From: a virus
Lineage: Duplodnaviria > Caudoviricetes
Reading direction: 5' to 3' (one strand)
Length of the DNA: 64,000 nucleotides
Virus record (IMG/VR): IMGVR_UViG_3300042452_000698
Span: 24,531 to 88,530 of that record
The position numbers and the translations under genes are program-made. This document shows positions 29,501-38,575 of the stretch, piece by piece. The notes beneath the pieces were generated by a model. The model saw nothing but the letters and a program-made list of their open reading frames with translations, was not told the DNA's origin and made no database searches. The stretch's first letter is position 1, and each line of letters starts with the position of its first letter.

Positions 29501-32500
29501 GCTTTGTTTTGATAGTCAATGAACGAATCAACGACAGAAGTTATTCCAGTAAAAGCTAAACCTACACCTATTGCTATACCATTAAGTTTAGTTAGATTAG
29601 CTAAACCTTTACCAATAAGTCCACCAGCTTGTGCAGATGTAGAAGCTCCACTACCAATTACAGCCTTTGAAGGATTTTTTAATGTAGCACTAATACCTTT
29701 TGTAAATTGCGATCCAGTATTTCCGGCAAAACTCGCAGCAGACGATAATCCTTTACTAACTAATCCGGCTCCGGGTATTCTAGATAAAGCTTGACCACCA
29801 ACACTTAAAGATTTACCAAGAAATCCTCCAGCCTTTTCTCCGACGCTCTTTGAACTACTAGCTATTCTACTAAAAGTAACATTTGGCATATTTAATCCAG
29901 CACTAAACCCTCTACCTATTTGAGATTGATTTATAGATGACCCAATTGATCCTAATCTATTTCCAATAGAACTTGCGCTTCTATTAACAAAAGATCCAGC
30001 CCTAAAAGCGCCTTTACCAAGCGGTCCTCCACCGCCAATTTGACCGCCGCCAGTTAATCCTCTTGTGGCATTTTGTAATATACCACCTATGCTTTTCGGT
30101 CCAGTTCCAAATAAGTCTTTTATATTTTTAAGACTAAGGCTAACACCAAAAGCTTCTAGAGCAAAGCCAACTGTTGTTATTGTAGAAACTAAACCAAGTA
30201 ATTCATGAGCCATTCTGGTTGCGGCGCTAGCATTTTCATCAAGCGCAGGCAAGAAGCTTTGTAATAATCCAACCGTCATAGATGCCGCGAACATTTTATT
30301 AGCAGCAACATTTTCTACAAGAGATTTTTTCTGTTGATCATTGGTTTGAGCGACTTGTTGCGTTGTGGTATTTGATGCTTGTGTTGTTTTTACAAGAGCC
30401 TGTTGAGCATTCGATAGATTTCTAGCTTGTCTACTTAGTGTGTCAAATGGTATATAATCTCCACCAGCAGCAGACATAACTGGACCAGAACCGCTATATG
30501 CTGGTGCAGCGCCGCCGTTATTAAATCTATGTACTACTCCACCCTTAGCATATTTGCCAATTTTATTCATTCTGTTTAATGAACCATAACCAATGCTCTT
30601 AGCTGCACTTCTATTAATAACAAACTCTCCGGGTGTTAATAGTGCTGGTACAGTATCTGTTCCAACTCCTCCTCCAGTAGCAAATTTCCTCATTGCTCTT
30701 GGGCCTTTACCCCTAAGAGCGTCCATTGCGGGTTGTTTGCTTCCACCTTGGGTAAATATCATATTACCAAGTGGTATACCAAACAATTGACTTAGATATT
30801 CAGCAACTCCGGGTACTCTTTGTGATTTACTAATAATAGATAGTTTGCCCGGCTGTAATTGTCCAGACTTAATTGCTGTTTGAAGTTCTCTTCCGAATGC
30901 TGTTAATGGTGCAGATTTAATGTCACGAAGTCTAGCTGTTGGATCGCGGAAGTATTTATTTAACGCAGCAGATTGTTGACCAGAAGTTTTTGCTCGTCCA
31001 TAAGCTTGATCACCAATGGTTCGCTTTAAAGTTCTATCTATGTCAATTGCGCCACCGCCAGCTTTTATTAATGCCGCAATAGCAGAGCTTGGACGAGGCA
31101 TCATTGTTCCGGTTGCATTAACTATATCATCAATTAGCGGTGCTTTTGCTAAACCTCCAAACGCAAATTTTGATATCATTCCGCCAAAATGTTTTTTCTT
31201 ACTAAAAGAACTCTTTAGTACTAGTGATTCTCTTTTTTTCTTTTCGTTTTCCGTTTCTGGTCTAACAAGATTATTTTGAACTGCTTCAAAAGCCAAAGCG
31301 TTAGATGCTTTTGTTTGAAATTTAGATGGAATAGATTGTGCTAAAGAAGATTTTGCATCTACATATTTTGAAGTTAAATTTTTATAGTCATCTTTTAAAA
31401 CGTTTGATAAACCAGTTTCAAAGTCGAAAGCTCTTTGCGGTTCTGTTGAAAATGGTGAACCAGATAATACTTTAAGCGTATCTTCAAATAAATTTCCTCT
31501 ACTAGCATCATTAATACCAATTAAGAATCTATTAATATCGTCTGGTGGTATGCGAGTCCTTGAGCCAGAAAGCCCTAAATCTAAAGCTAAAGCCTGTGCG
31601 GAGTTTTCAGCAACTTTTACAAGATTATCATCAATAATTCTACTAAATGAATTGTATGTCTGTCCAGATAGCCCTTCTCTTTGTAGAGTAAAACTTTTTT
31701 GAGATTTAATTGGATAATTATCTGATAATCTTAAGTTTTTAGGCAATTTATTTTCTATGTCTTGTCTTGAAACTTTGACTGAATTTGATGAATCAAATCC
31801 AACATTTTCTAAAATAGCTGCTCCTATTGTATTTTCATTAATTAATCCGCCATTAGCATAGCGATTTTCATTCATCGCTGCTAAATTACTAGCACCAAGT
31901 CTATTAACGCTGCTTTTTCTTATAACAAACTCTCCCGGCTGTAACATTGCTGGAACAGTATCCCTATTTCCAGAACCCGGAACCATTCCACCCCTTGCAA
32001 ATTTATGTACTTTACCACCCTTATTGAATGTTCTTCCAGATGTTAGACCGCCACCAATACCTCCAATAAAACTACCAATTCCTCTTACTAATCTAACGGC
32101 GGTTAATGCTGCTAATAATGGTAACAGAGGTTTAACGGCATCTGCAACTTTGATAAGAGCAGATGCTAGTGTTAATGCAGTATTTGCCATTATCTGAAAT
32201 GTGCTGGTTTCAGTAATGCTTCTTATTAACGCCAAGAACTCTTCTTTTACTTTTGTTATTCTAATTGCTAAGGCTTGTTGTGCCGTTGCGGCGTCTTGCG
32301 TTAAACTATTTCCAGCTTTATTTGCAACATTAAGTGCCTGTTGAGCAACAGAAAACTGTTGTAATAATGGTAATACTTTACCAATTTGTCGGAATCCACC
32401 AAGTTCTTCAGCAATTCTAATAAATGTAATATCGCCTTCACCAAGACCAGCAAGTGCGCCACTTAATCTTCTAACGGCTTCGAATGGCCCAACGAATTTA

Positions 32501-33372
32501 CCCTCTAGATCAACAAGCTCAACACCAAACTGTTTTAAGAATTCAATTGTTTTTGGGCGTTGAATACGAGTAAATATTGTTCTTAAACCCGTACCAATAC
32601 TTTCTGCACTTTCTCGCGTTGTTGCTCTTACGCTTGTAAATAATGCTAGTAGTTCATTCAAGTCTCCACCGGATGATTTAAAAACACCACCAGTTCGTCT
32701 AATAACATCAATTAAGTCACTAGCTTCTACGGCGAAAGCTCCAGCAACAGCATTAATTGATCCAAGCTGACTTTCAAGAGCGTCAACCCCTTTTCCAAAC
32801 TGAGCAAGAATAGCAATAGCTCCCTCTGCCGTTTCTGATATACTATCAAAGTTCGGAGCGAGAGCGGCTTTGGCTAATGAATTAAGTGCTTTTTTAGTAT
32901 CGTCAGCAGAAAGACCAGCTTGAGCCAATACAGTTGTTACTTCAAGTAAGTCACCAGAAGAAACACCTAAACTAGTAGAAAGATTGGTAATTTCATTGGT
33001 TAAATCTCTAAGACCACCAATGCTTTTACCAGTTACCTGAGAAATTTTGATTAACTGTCTTTCAAAGTCAATGGACGTTTGGACAGCATCAGCAAGGGTA
33101 CTGGTAAATAGTCCAACAGCCCTTGTTGCTATAGAAAAAGCAGCAAAGCGCCTAACAGATACAGCAAATGCACGACCCATCCTTTCCGCAGCCGAAGTTG
33201 CGTTATTGGTGTTACGTGTTAATTGCTGTATCTGTCTTTGAGCTTGTTGAACGCCTTGAACCTGTACATTAACCTGTACATTATTTAATTGATTCTGTAT
33301 TTGGCGAACAACTTGAGCTACATTATTTGGCGCTTGTAGTTGTAATTGAGCGGTAAGAACAAATCTTGACAT
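26569..33372 (-). CDS. Tail tape measure protein
   Basis: 2267 aa, Ala/Gly/Gln-rich and helical. N-terminal TP901-type TMP core (IDFERQLIKISQVTG...LAQAG...). Hydrophobic TM-like helices and three DTVPAML.PGEFV motifs. Confidence 0.92.
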   Translation of the reverse strand: MSRFVLTAQLQLQAPNNVAQVVRQIQNQLNNVQVNVQVQGVQQAQRQIQQLTRNTNNATSAAERMGRAFAVSVRRFAAFSIATRAVGLFTSTLADAVQTSIDFERQLIKISQVTGKSIGGLRDLTNEITNLSTSLGVSSGDLLEVTTVLAQAGLSADDTKKALNSLAKAALAPNFDSISETAEGAIAILAQFGKGVDALESQLGSINAVAGAFAVEASDLIDVIRRTGGVFKSSGGDLNELLALFTSVRATTRESAESIGTGLRTIFTRIQRPKTIEFLKQFGVELVDLEGKFVGPFEAVRRLSGALAGLGEGDITFIRIAEELGGFRQIGKVLPLLQQFSVAQQALNVANKAGNSLTQDAATAQQALAIRITKVKEEFLALIRSITETSTFQIMANTALTLASALIKVADAVKPLLPLLAALTAVRLVRGIGSFIGGIGGGLTSGRTFNKGGKVHKFARGGMVPGSGNRDTVPAMLQPGEFVIRKSSVNRLGASNLAAMNENRYANGGLINENTIGAAILENVGFDSSNSVKVSRQDIENKLPKNLRLSDNYPIKSQKSFTLQREGLSGQTYNSFSRIIDDNLVKVAENSAQALALDLGLSGSRTRIPPDDINRFLIGINDASRGNLFEDTLKVLSGSPFSTEPQRAFDFETGLSNVLKDDYKNLTSKYVDAKSSLAQSIPSKFQTKASNALAFEAVQNNLVRPETENEKKKRESLVLKSSFSKKKHFGGMISKFAFGGLAKAPLIDDIVNATGTMMPRPSSAIAALIKAGGGAIDIDRTLKRTIGDQAYGRAKTSGQQSAALNKYFRDPTARLRDIKSAPLTAFGRELQTAIKSGQLQPGKLSIISKSQRVPGVAEYLSQLFGIPLGNMIFTQGGSKQPAMDALRGKGPRAMRKFATGGGVGTDTVPALLTPGEFVINRSAAKSIGYGSLNRMNKIGKYAKGGVVHRFNNGGAAPAYSGSGPVMSAAGGDYIPFDTLSRQARNLSNAQQALVKTTQASNTTTQQVAQTNDQQKKSLVENVAANKMFAASMTVGLLQSFLPALDENASAATRMAHELLGLVSTITTVGFALEAFGVSLSLKNIKDLFGTGPKSIGGILQNATRGLTGGGQIGGGGPLGKGAFRAGSFVNRSASSIGNRLGSIGSSINQSQIGRGFSAGLNMPNVTFSRIASSSKSVGEKAGGFLGKSLSVGGQALSRIPGAGLVSKGLSSAASFAGNTGSQFTKGISATLKNPSKAVIGSGASTSAQAGGLIGKGLANLTKLNGIAIGVGLAFTGITSVVDSFIDYQNKANKAIQEGNIQKAKSNAVEAAGADAVNSLGSSIIAASAFFGPYGIAVGAATAGLLKLGSELPVVGPLIKKFAIGLGTFFGGNTLNSIEALAASQAGAVKTQKALEQAQKTATSAMQDFENGTITASEALSRIRAATDEANNQEKRASDFATKNLENRGGGVSGVGRNILSFLSFGGVESVSQRNERLGKQSAEQIRQASKFQSEAFALESPARSATIRSGFARGKTAEEIRNEALGVGTSGDKLARLQTLSSDVNRLGRAGDEEGAKAAEEALKQLREEIRQVDDEMKNLEKEVARAKAAFDAMNLGLRGPTATATAMSASMDRFAAGLEVGGNTFVANAEFLSQAVGSAAQAMNPADIKAAIDDVASNLEKMGVNPEKFRANTEGFIKVQQNYNKSFSKVRSDLQARLQAGQSNADSADDVRKALIDELTSGLEGDAKKNLTSILDNLKLNPEDIDKFISTGDFSAFGDQITEAGKKQLEDIVKISQERQKAEQVLINLTKTRIDAERNLVQAQQEALDLYLEGREIQAGAGGRAVSEAERRSVILGKSNAQGDRVGLSSLRTGSAAELRRRNVEMVAGAARFEQRSRTEGGLEGVGGVQAAENQKDLQQAYKQQVDTIRSLIKLEQEELKIVQEKNRLEKESLESLIKGDIDKFFEQQAAVGATAAISTGNQDLINQFGATALAGAFENIQRQQAAGVQEIFGMQLGGPGGLLEMAAGAALGARGVTDAGAARSLAGTTPEEEARRATIRELGGVLAETGQAGVDMAQMELNTASINVQKGEFIIQDIEQRGRIAAGMYRGGTVYANNGMFVPRGTDTVPAMLTPGEFVVNRAAVNRGNNLQLLRAINSGANSAGLSKGGSVRYYNNGGKVQYLQNGGVATGQGVSIDPALVSDLINGLNNFNTNLTKNIKDLQNTKFQIKLDTTNINVNLSGGTFLSSLAGQIKKEILTEVGEKIKNYKVVEGGRLQGNMTGVI
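27001..31985 (-). repeat. Three copies of the G(T/N)(D/R)DTVPA(M/L)L(T/Q)PGEFV(I/V)(N/R) motif within the TMP
   Basis: Copies at about 31915-31985, 30610-30672 and 27001-27060, each near (F/Y)A.GG motifs. Confidence 0.85.
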
Positions 33373-33403
33373 ATTTGCCTTTACTGGTTAAAACCGCCCA
33401 CTA

Positions 33404-34279
33404 TCAGTTACTTTCCGAGACTTTTGCCTTTTTTGGTCTTCCTACTTTACTATCCTCTGATTGTGATGATTCCTCATTTTCTGTAACATATGTCACAGTT
33501 GGTATATAGTTACCAAATTCGTCTAGGGGATTACCATCTTTATCTACACGTTTTCCTTCTTCATTAATATAATACCCATTTTTATCAATTTTTCTTCCTT
33601 CAAGATCTACGGTTTCTCCCTTGTTATTTACTAGGGATAAATCTTCATTGACAAAGTTAAACATTTTAAGGAACTTATTCTCTGGTAATTTAGCCTCAAA
33701 ATCCTTGTCAACAGAATAAAGCATTGATGCTAGAGCCGAGGCAGCAGCAAATCCAAGATCGCTGTCAGCATTTTCTCTATATTCTTCTAAAGAATTATAT
33801 AATTTAGAGCCATTTTCACGAAATGTACAGTTGGCAACCAAGAAATCAAACCTAGCATTATCAGAAATTGCCTCCGCTGTATTTTGCTCTAAGCTCATTT
33901 TTTCAGCTATTAAGTCTCTTAATTCATTTCTCTTGACTCTCATTTTAATAGCTATTTCTTTTCCTTCAGAAGCTTTTAGCTTTTTATGGCCAGCACTTCC
34001 GACATATAGGGACTTTTCTAGATCACTAATTTCTTGAATAATTTTTCTTTGTTCTTCATCCTTTCCATCGTCCCATATTCCCTGCTCTTTCATGAACTTT
34101 TCAAGTTCTTTCTTGGTCATAATTCCATCACGAACACAATCGGTCCAAGCTTTGGCGCCAACTCTTTGTGCTTGTGAAAGAACAGCGTTATTGGGCTTCT
34201 TAATTAGAAGTGTGACCTTTTCTTCTTTGTCACCATTATTTACTGTTACTTCTACGGTCTTTTCCTTGTCTTTAATCAT
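33404..34279 (-). CDS. Putative tail assembly chaperone
   Basis: Charged helical 291-aa protein immediately upstream of the TMP; called by position. Confidence 0.5.
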   Translation of the reverse strand: MIKDKEKTVEVTVNNGDKEEKVTLLIKKPNNAVLSQAQRVGAKAWTDCVRDGIMTKKELEKFMKEQGIWDDGKDEEQRKIIQEISDLEKSLYVGSAGHKKLKASEGKEIAIKMRVKRNELRDLIAEKMSLEQNTAEAISDNARFDFLVANCTFRENGSKLYNSLEEYRENADSDLGFAAASALASMLYSVDKDFEAKLPENKFLKMFNFVNEDLSLVNNKGETVDLEGRKIDKNGYYINEEGKRVDKDGNPLDEFGNYIPTVTYVTENEESSQSEDSKVGRPKKAKVSESN

Positions 34280-34291
34280 GTTATCCTCCTT

Positions 34292-34621
34292 TTAATTCTT
34301 TGGTTGTTGTATTACTGGCATTTTAATAGAATATTTTAACCACTCTACATCATATTGAGATAATTCTGCATCAATATTTCTAGCTTGATTATTTCCTTTG
34401 TCTAGAATTTCAGACCTTATTTTTTCATATAGTGCCTTGAAAGCCTTTTTTTGATCAGAAGATAATGAATTATTACTATCATCCCATAAAAATCCAAAGT
34501 TTTCTTCTACGCTACTTAGTGCGCCAATCATTGTGGTCTGAATTTTTTTTCTTAATATTTTGCTAAGTCTATCTTTTGAATCTGCTTTATATTTTTCTTC
34601 TCTTATTTTTTTATAATCCAT
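34292..34621 (-). CDS. Hypothetical protein in the tail chaperone cluster
   Basis: 109 aa; TAATG overlap with the upstream gene. Confidence 0.55.
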   Translation of the reverse strand: MDYKKIREEKYKADSKDRLSKILRKKIQTTMIGALSSVEENFGFLWDDSNNSLSSDQKKAFKALYEKIRSEILDKGNNQARNIDAELSQYDVEWLKYSIKMPVIQQPKN

Positions 34622-35670
34622 TATCGTCCTCCTCTTACTTTATTCCTAAAGGCATTTGTTTGGTCCATTTGAATTTGTAATCTTTGGTCTGGCAAATTGT
34701 GATCTTGTACTATGCCAGCTTGTTTAATAAAATTTTCCCTTTGTTTTTTAATCATCATAGAATGAACGCTATTTGCTTTATTAATTTGTTCTGCGTGTTC
34801 ATCGCTTTGTGCTACTACGAATACCTCGCTAGCATTTTTAATCTTCTCATTTTTTACTAAACCGTCTACTTCTTTTTCTGCGTTTTCTTTCTCTCGTTTT
34901 TGGGCCTGTATTATAAACCATCCATCTAACATATCGTCATCTTCTATAACATCTTTACTTGGGCAGTCCATTGATTCTTGTATGTTGTCATACATTTGCG
35001 ACCATATAATTAGATTTTTTTGATTATATGTTAGTTCAGAATTTTCCTCATTCATGAAAAGTTTTATTTTAGCATTATCACGTATTGTCCACAAAGATTT
35101 CCAAGGCTCATTTCTAGCTAAATCTCTTGAAATAGAATCGGCCAAAAAAGAAGATTGCCATTCATCTATTATATAAGACAAAGAGACTTGAGCAAAATCA
35201 TATAAGATATTATCTTTATAAGTTGTATTTTTGATTAGCCAAGAAATTTTGTCTGCTGTTGCTATTCCCTCTCTTGTATTTTGCATGTATGAATTTTTTT
35301 TATTAACATAATTTATAAGTTGCTTTTCAATTGCTCTAATATATAATCTTATCTGTGAGGCTTTTTTCTTATCATTTCTAGCATTGTATATTTCAACTTT
35401 AAGCTTTTCTATGTCTTTTTTTATGCTTTCTATTTTTTTATCGTCGTGTGGCGTCCACAAATCTTGCTCAAACATCCATTCAAGCATTTCATCTTCGGAC
35501 ATTATTTCGTCAATATATGCCTGCTTATAACTTTCATCATATATTTCACAAGCCTCTATGCATTGGTCTATTGTTGGCGGTTTTACTATAAATTTTTGAT
35601 TTTCTATATTTATATGCGTGTTTCCAGATCGTATCTTAAAAATTAAAAGCTCCCGCTCATGTTGTTTCAT
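34621..35670 (-). CDS. Putative tail assembly chaperone
   Basis: 349-aa charged helical protein immediately downstream of the tail tube gene. Contains a DD..LDGWFI motif. Confidence 0.45.
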   Translation of the reverse strand: MKQHERELLIFKIRSGNTHINIENQKFIVKPPTIDQCIEACEIYDESYKQAYIDEIMSEDEMLEWMFEQDLWTPHDDKKIESIKKDIEKLKVEIYNARNDKKKASQIRLYIRAIEKQLINYVNKKNSYMQNTREGIATADKISWLIKNTTYKDNILYDFAQVSLSYIIDEWQSSFLADSISRDLARNEPWKSLWTIRDNAKIKLFMNEENSELTYNQKNLIIWSQMYDNIQESMDCPSKDVIEDDDMLDGWFIIQAQKREKENAEKEVDGLVKNEKIKNASEVFVVAQSDEHAEQINKANSVHSMMIKKQRENFIKQAGIVQDHNLPDQRLQIQMDQTNAFRNKVRGGR

Positions 35671-35693
35671 AAAAACCTCATGATGGGAGCTTT
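35646..35693 (-). promoter_or_regulatory. 48-nt hairpin covering the RBS and start codon of the 349-aa gene
   Basis: Minus strand AAAGCTCCC-A-TCATG-AG-GTTT-TTATG-AAAC-AA-CATGA-GC-GGGAGCTTT gives three stacked stems (9+5+4 bp). GAGG and ATG lie inside the structure. Confidence 0.55.
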
Positions 35694-35736
35694 ATTGTGT
35701 TTCCTTTAAAATCCTAATAAATTATTGAATTATATA

Positions 35737-36936
35737 TCAATCTTCGCCATATCTTGCACCGGTTGGTTGTGGAATTGTGGCTGATCCGCTTAGTAGGTTT
35801 GCCGATGTTACACCGGTTCCAACAATTGGTGGAACAACAACAAGTTCATTGTAACCAACGAATGAATATGTTGATGTTGCATTTCCACCGCCAGCATCTC
35901 CACCGCCATATGTTACTGAAGAAAGTCTATTTTTCTTTCCTAGATAGAATCCAGTACCGTCAGTTAGTCTAACAAGTATTGGTTCTTCTCTAGTGTTATT
36001 GCCAGATGGATGTGGTGTATCTGATGGAACGGTTACAGCGAATAGTGCTGGATCACCCTCTTCCATAGCATTGATGAAGTCTCCAGAAACTGAAATAACT
36101 TCAAATTCTGAAGTAACTTCTACTGGATAATTTGGAGCGCGATAGTATGGTAACTTTTTACCAAGCTCTAAAATATCTTCTCTTCCAAGATCTGTGCTAA
36201 TTGTTATGCTTTGGATGTGTGCTTTTGGACATTTTTTCTCTGCGTCCCAATTATTTCCAACACCAGTTCCAGCAACGCCATAAATACTAGAAGGTATTAT
36301 GCATTTTTGCATATCGATATTTTCGCGTCTTTGTATTCCACCAAGTTTTGTGGAAGAATCAAGATTTTGTGGATAATCTGGATTACCGGTTGTTGCATTT
36401 GGTCTTCTAAAATATAGTGATGTTGCTGCTGTAATACCAGTTGCTTCTGTATTTATTAACCATTGTTTGCTATTTCCAACTAATGTTACTGATTCGGTGC
36501 AATTTCCGTCTGTTGGTAGAGTATATGAAACATTATTTAAATACATCCCGCTCATGTATACTTGAACTGGAGCAACTCCGCTTACAGAATTTCTATCATC
36601 TGCATAAATTCCTAATACAACTGAGCATTTGTTTTTTGCTCTAGCAACTAGGGTATGATCATCTAATGCATCAGAATAAGTGCCAGTTGGAAGTGTAGCT
36701 AATCTATATAGTAAGGGATAGCCATCGAGAACCTTTTCTATTGTTACTTCAATGTCTGGTACGCCTTCAATATTTTCATAAATTTCAATCTGACCTAATT
36801 CAAAGACTTGTTCTAGATTAAATGTTGTGTTAATGCCAACGCTTTGTACACCGTGAACTTCTCTGAAACCATTGGTTTCTAGTTCTGTACCCATAGCGAC
36901 AGCTTGGCAGGCATAAAATATTCTATTATTTGCCAT
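35737..36936 (-). CDS. Major tail tube protein
   Basis: MANNRIFYACQ...GVQSVGINTTFNLEQVFELGQIEIYENIE..PDIEVTIEK with an internal repeat (IQSITISTDLGREDILELGKK). Sits between the tail-completion genes and the chaperones; has its own promoter motif. Confidence 0.75.
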   Translation of the reverse strand: MANNRIFYACQAVAMGTELETNGFREVHGVQSVGINTTFNLEQVFELGQIEIYENIEGVPDIEVTIEKVLDGYPLLYRLATLPTGTYSDALDDHTLVARAKNKCSVVLGIYADDRNSVSGVAPVQVYMSGMYLNNVSYTLPTDGNCTESVTLVGNSKQWLINTEATGITAATSLYFRRPNATTGNPDYPQNLDSSTKLGGIQRRENIDMQKCIIPSSIYGVAGTGVGNNWDAEKKCPKAHIQSITISTDLGREDILELGKKLPYYRAPNYPVEVTSEFEVISVSGDFINAMEEGDPALFAVTVPSDTPHPSGNNTREEPILVRLTDGTGFYLGKKNRLSSVTYGGGDAGGGNATSTYSFVGYNELVVVPPIVGTGVTSANLLSGSATIPQPTGARYGED

Positions 36937-36976
36937 TATATTGTCTCTCCTGTTAAAGTGATAATGCTATTTGTAT

Positions 36977-36982
36977 ATACAC
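36977..36982 (-). promoter_or_regulatory. Putative late promoter motif GTGTAT (copy 2)
   Basis: TGTGTATATACAAATAG, about 41 nt upstream of the tail tube ATG. Confidence 0.55.
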
Positions 36983-36986
36983 AAAA

Positions 36987-37946
36987 TTATATTGGATATT
37001 CTATTATTTCGACGGTTAACCTTACTATGCCAGCATAGAAATTGGAGTTAATTAAGTCCATAGCTTGAACTGTAGAGTTTTTAAGCCACATTGAGCCTCT
37101 ATTGTATTTAGTAATTAATTCTGGATATCTTAATGCTCCAGAAACCGGTGTGCCAAACGCATTGATTGGGAATTCATTGCCAGAAGCCACCAAATTACTA
37201 TCAAACATATACACCTTTTTGTCGTTTTGTAAAGATATAATATCTACTAATTTATTTCTAGTAAATTCGTCTTCTGCTAAACAATGAAATATTATATCAG
37301 TATCTACGATTTGGCCTCCACCAAGCTGATAACCTTTTAGCGATCTTCTTGGTACAATTTCTACCGCAACCGCTGGTAGCTGAACTCTGGATTCTGCTGG
37401 CAATGTAAATTCGTTATTTGCTGGCTGAAGATCTAGTGTTCTATACTGTATTTCTCTTAGCCACGGAAGACTATTGGCATATATAATATTAACATATTTA
37501 TAGCTATATTCGGCTTTTACTACTGATCCTGTTGGTATGGGATTATTAAAAATCACCCTACCATTGTAGTAATCTATTTTATACTCGTATTGTCCACTTG
37601 TCGTTGTTGGGTAAAATGAATTTCCAACGTAAATCCCGGATATTCCCGGTTTAGCGTTATTTGTTCCAACTATCGGTTGTGGATTATATGATATGCCACT
37701 TTGCCAAACCCAATTCTTTCTAAATGATTCCCAGCATCGTCCAGCTTTATAATTAGAATCTTTAGATAGTTTTAATACGCTATAATTGCCACTTTCTGGA
37801 GAAAGCTCATCAAGAGTAACATTAAAATAGTTACCCTTTTCTAATAAAGCCCAATCTATAAATTCAACTATATTGTCCTGTATCTCATTATTGAGAGTGG
37901 TGGAAAATATATTATCAAAGCCTTTTAGATTTAAATAGTCTGTCAT
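36987..37946 (-). CDS. Tail terminator/completion-like protein
   Basis: C-terminal LPAVAVE...DIIFHCLAEDEFTRNKLVDII resembles a gpU-type terminator; located just before the tube gene. Confidence 0.5.
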   Translation of the reverse strand: MTDYLNLKGFDNIFSTTLNNEIQDNIVEFIDWALLEKGNYFNVTLDELSPESGNYSVLKLSKDSNYKAGRCWESFRKNWVWQSGISYNPQPIVGTNNAKPGISGIYVGNSFYPTTTSGQYEYKIDYYNGRVIFNNPIPTGSVVKAEYSYKYVNIIYANSLPWLREIQYRTLDLQPANNEFTLPAESRVQLPAVAVEIVPRRSLKGYQLGGGQIVDTDIIFHCLAEDEFTRNKLVDIISLQNDKKVYMFDSNLVASGNEFPINAFGTPVSGALRYPELITKYNRGSMWLKNSTVQAMDLINSNFYAGIVRLTVEIIEYPI

Positions 37947-38575
37947 TTTAAGTATTTAATAAAAATGTCTGTGACTTCTTTTTCTTGCTCTGAACCAATT
38001 AATGCTCTTGTTATAAAGTTATTATCTTTTGTTCCAGAAAATTCTGGAGGAACTCTAAATGATCCTTGCTTTACCATGTTTCCGAGATTAGATCTTCCTA
38101 TTCCGGTTTGTGGGTTATATTGATAATTAGCAACAATTGTGCTATCGCCCTTTAGTAGTAACCAGTTTAACCAGTGTAAATCTGTTGAGTTATATACAAC
38201 GTGGCCTTCTGGAAGTGATAATAGATTATTAAAATCGGATGGTTGAACATATACCTCAAATCCACCAACGAACTTCTCATTGTATCTTATAAATTTAAAT
38301 GAAATTGTGTTTAATAATGAAGATATAATTGTATTTACTATAACGGAAGTATTAGATGCTATTCCAAATTGCCCCTTTAAAGAGTTAGCTTCTTGAGAAA
38401 CTAATGATTTAACCTCCGGTTGAGAAACTATCCAAGATGGTATTCTTTTTCTTATATCTGAAATAATATTTGATTGATTTTTTATTATTCTTTTATTTAC
38501 TTCTTCTGCTATAGCTGAATTTATGTTTTTTTCAATAGTGCTTACATCTTCAAGTATTCTTAGTGAGATGCTCAT
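37943..38575 (-). CDS. Neck/tail-completion protein (HK97 gp10-like position)
   Basis: Likely start MSISLRIL at 38575 (TAATG overlap). C-terminal FRVPPEFSGT..NNFITRAL motif. Confidence 0.45.
   Translation of the reverse strand: MSISLRILEDVSTIEKNINSAIAEEVNKRIIKNQSNIISDIRKRIPSWIVSQPEVKSLVSQEANSLKGQFGIASNTSVIVNTIISSLLNTISFKFIRYNEKFVGGFEVYVQPSDFNNLLSLPEGHVVYNSTDLHWLNWLLLKGDSTIVANYQYNPQTGIGRSNLGNMVKQGSFRVPPEFSGTKDNNFITRALIGSEQEKEVTDIFIKYLK

Noticed and set aside
26627-33241. Many short + strand ORFs opposite the TMP
   Set aside because: These are antisense shadows of an Ala/Gly-rich gene with no independent coding signal. The same applies to the other short overlapping ORFs in the track.
34541-34552. 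A8 run (AGA AAA AAA ATT) as a tail-chaperone -1 frameshift site
   Set aside because: It lies early in the 109-aa ORF, no useful -1 frame extension was identified, and A-runs are common in this AT-rich genome.
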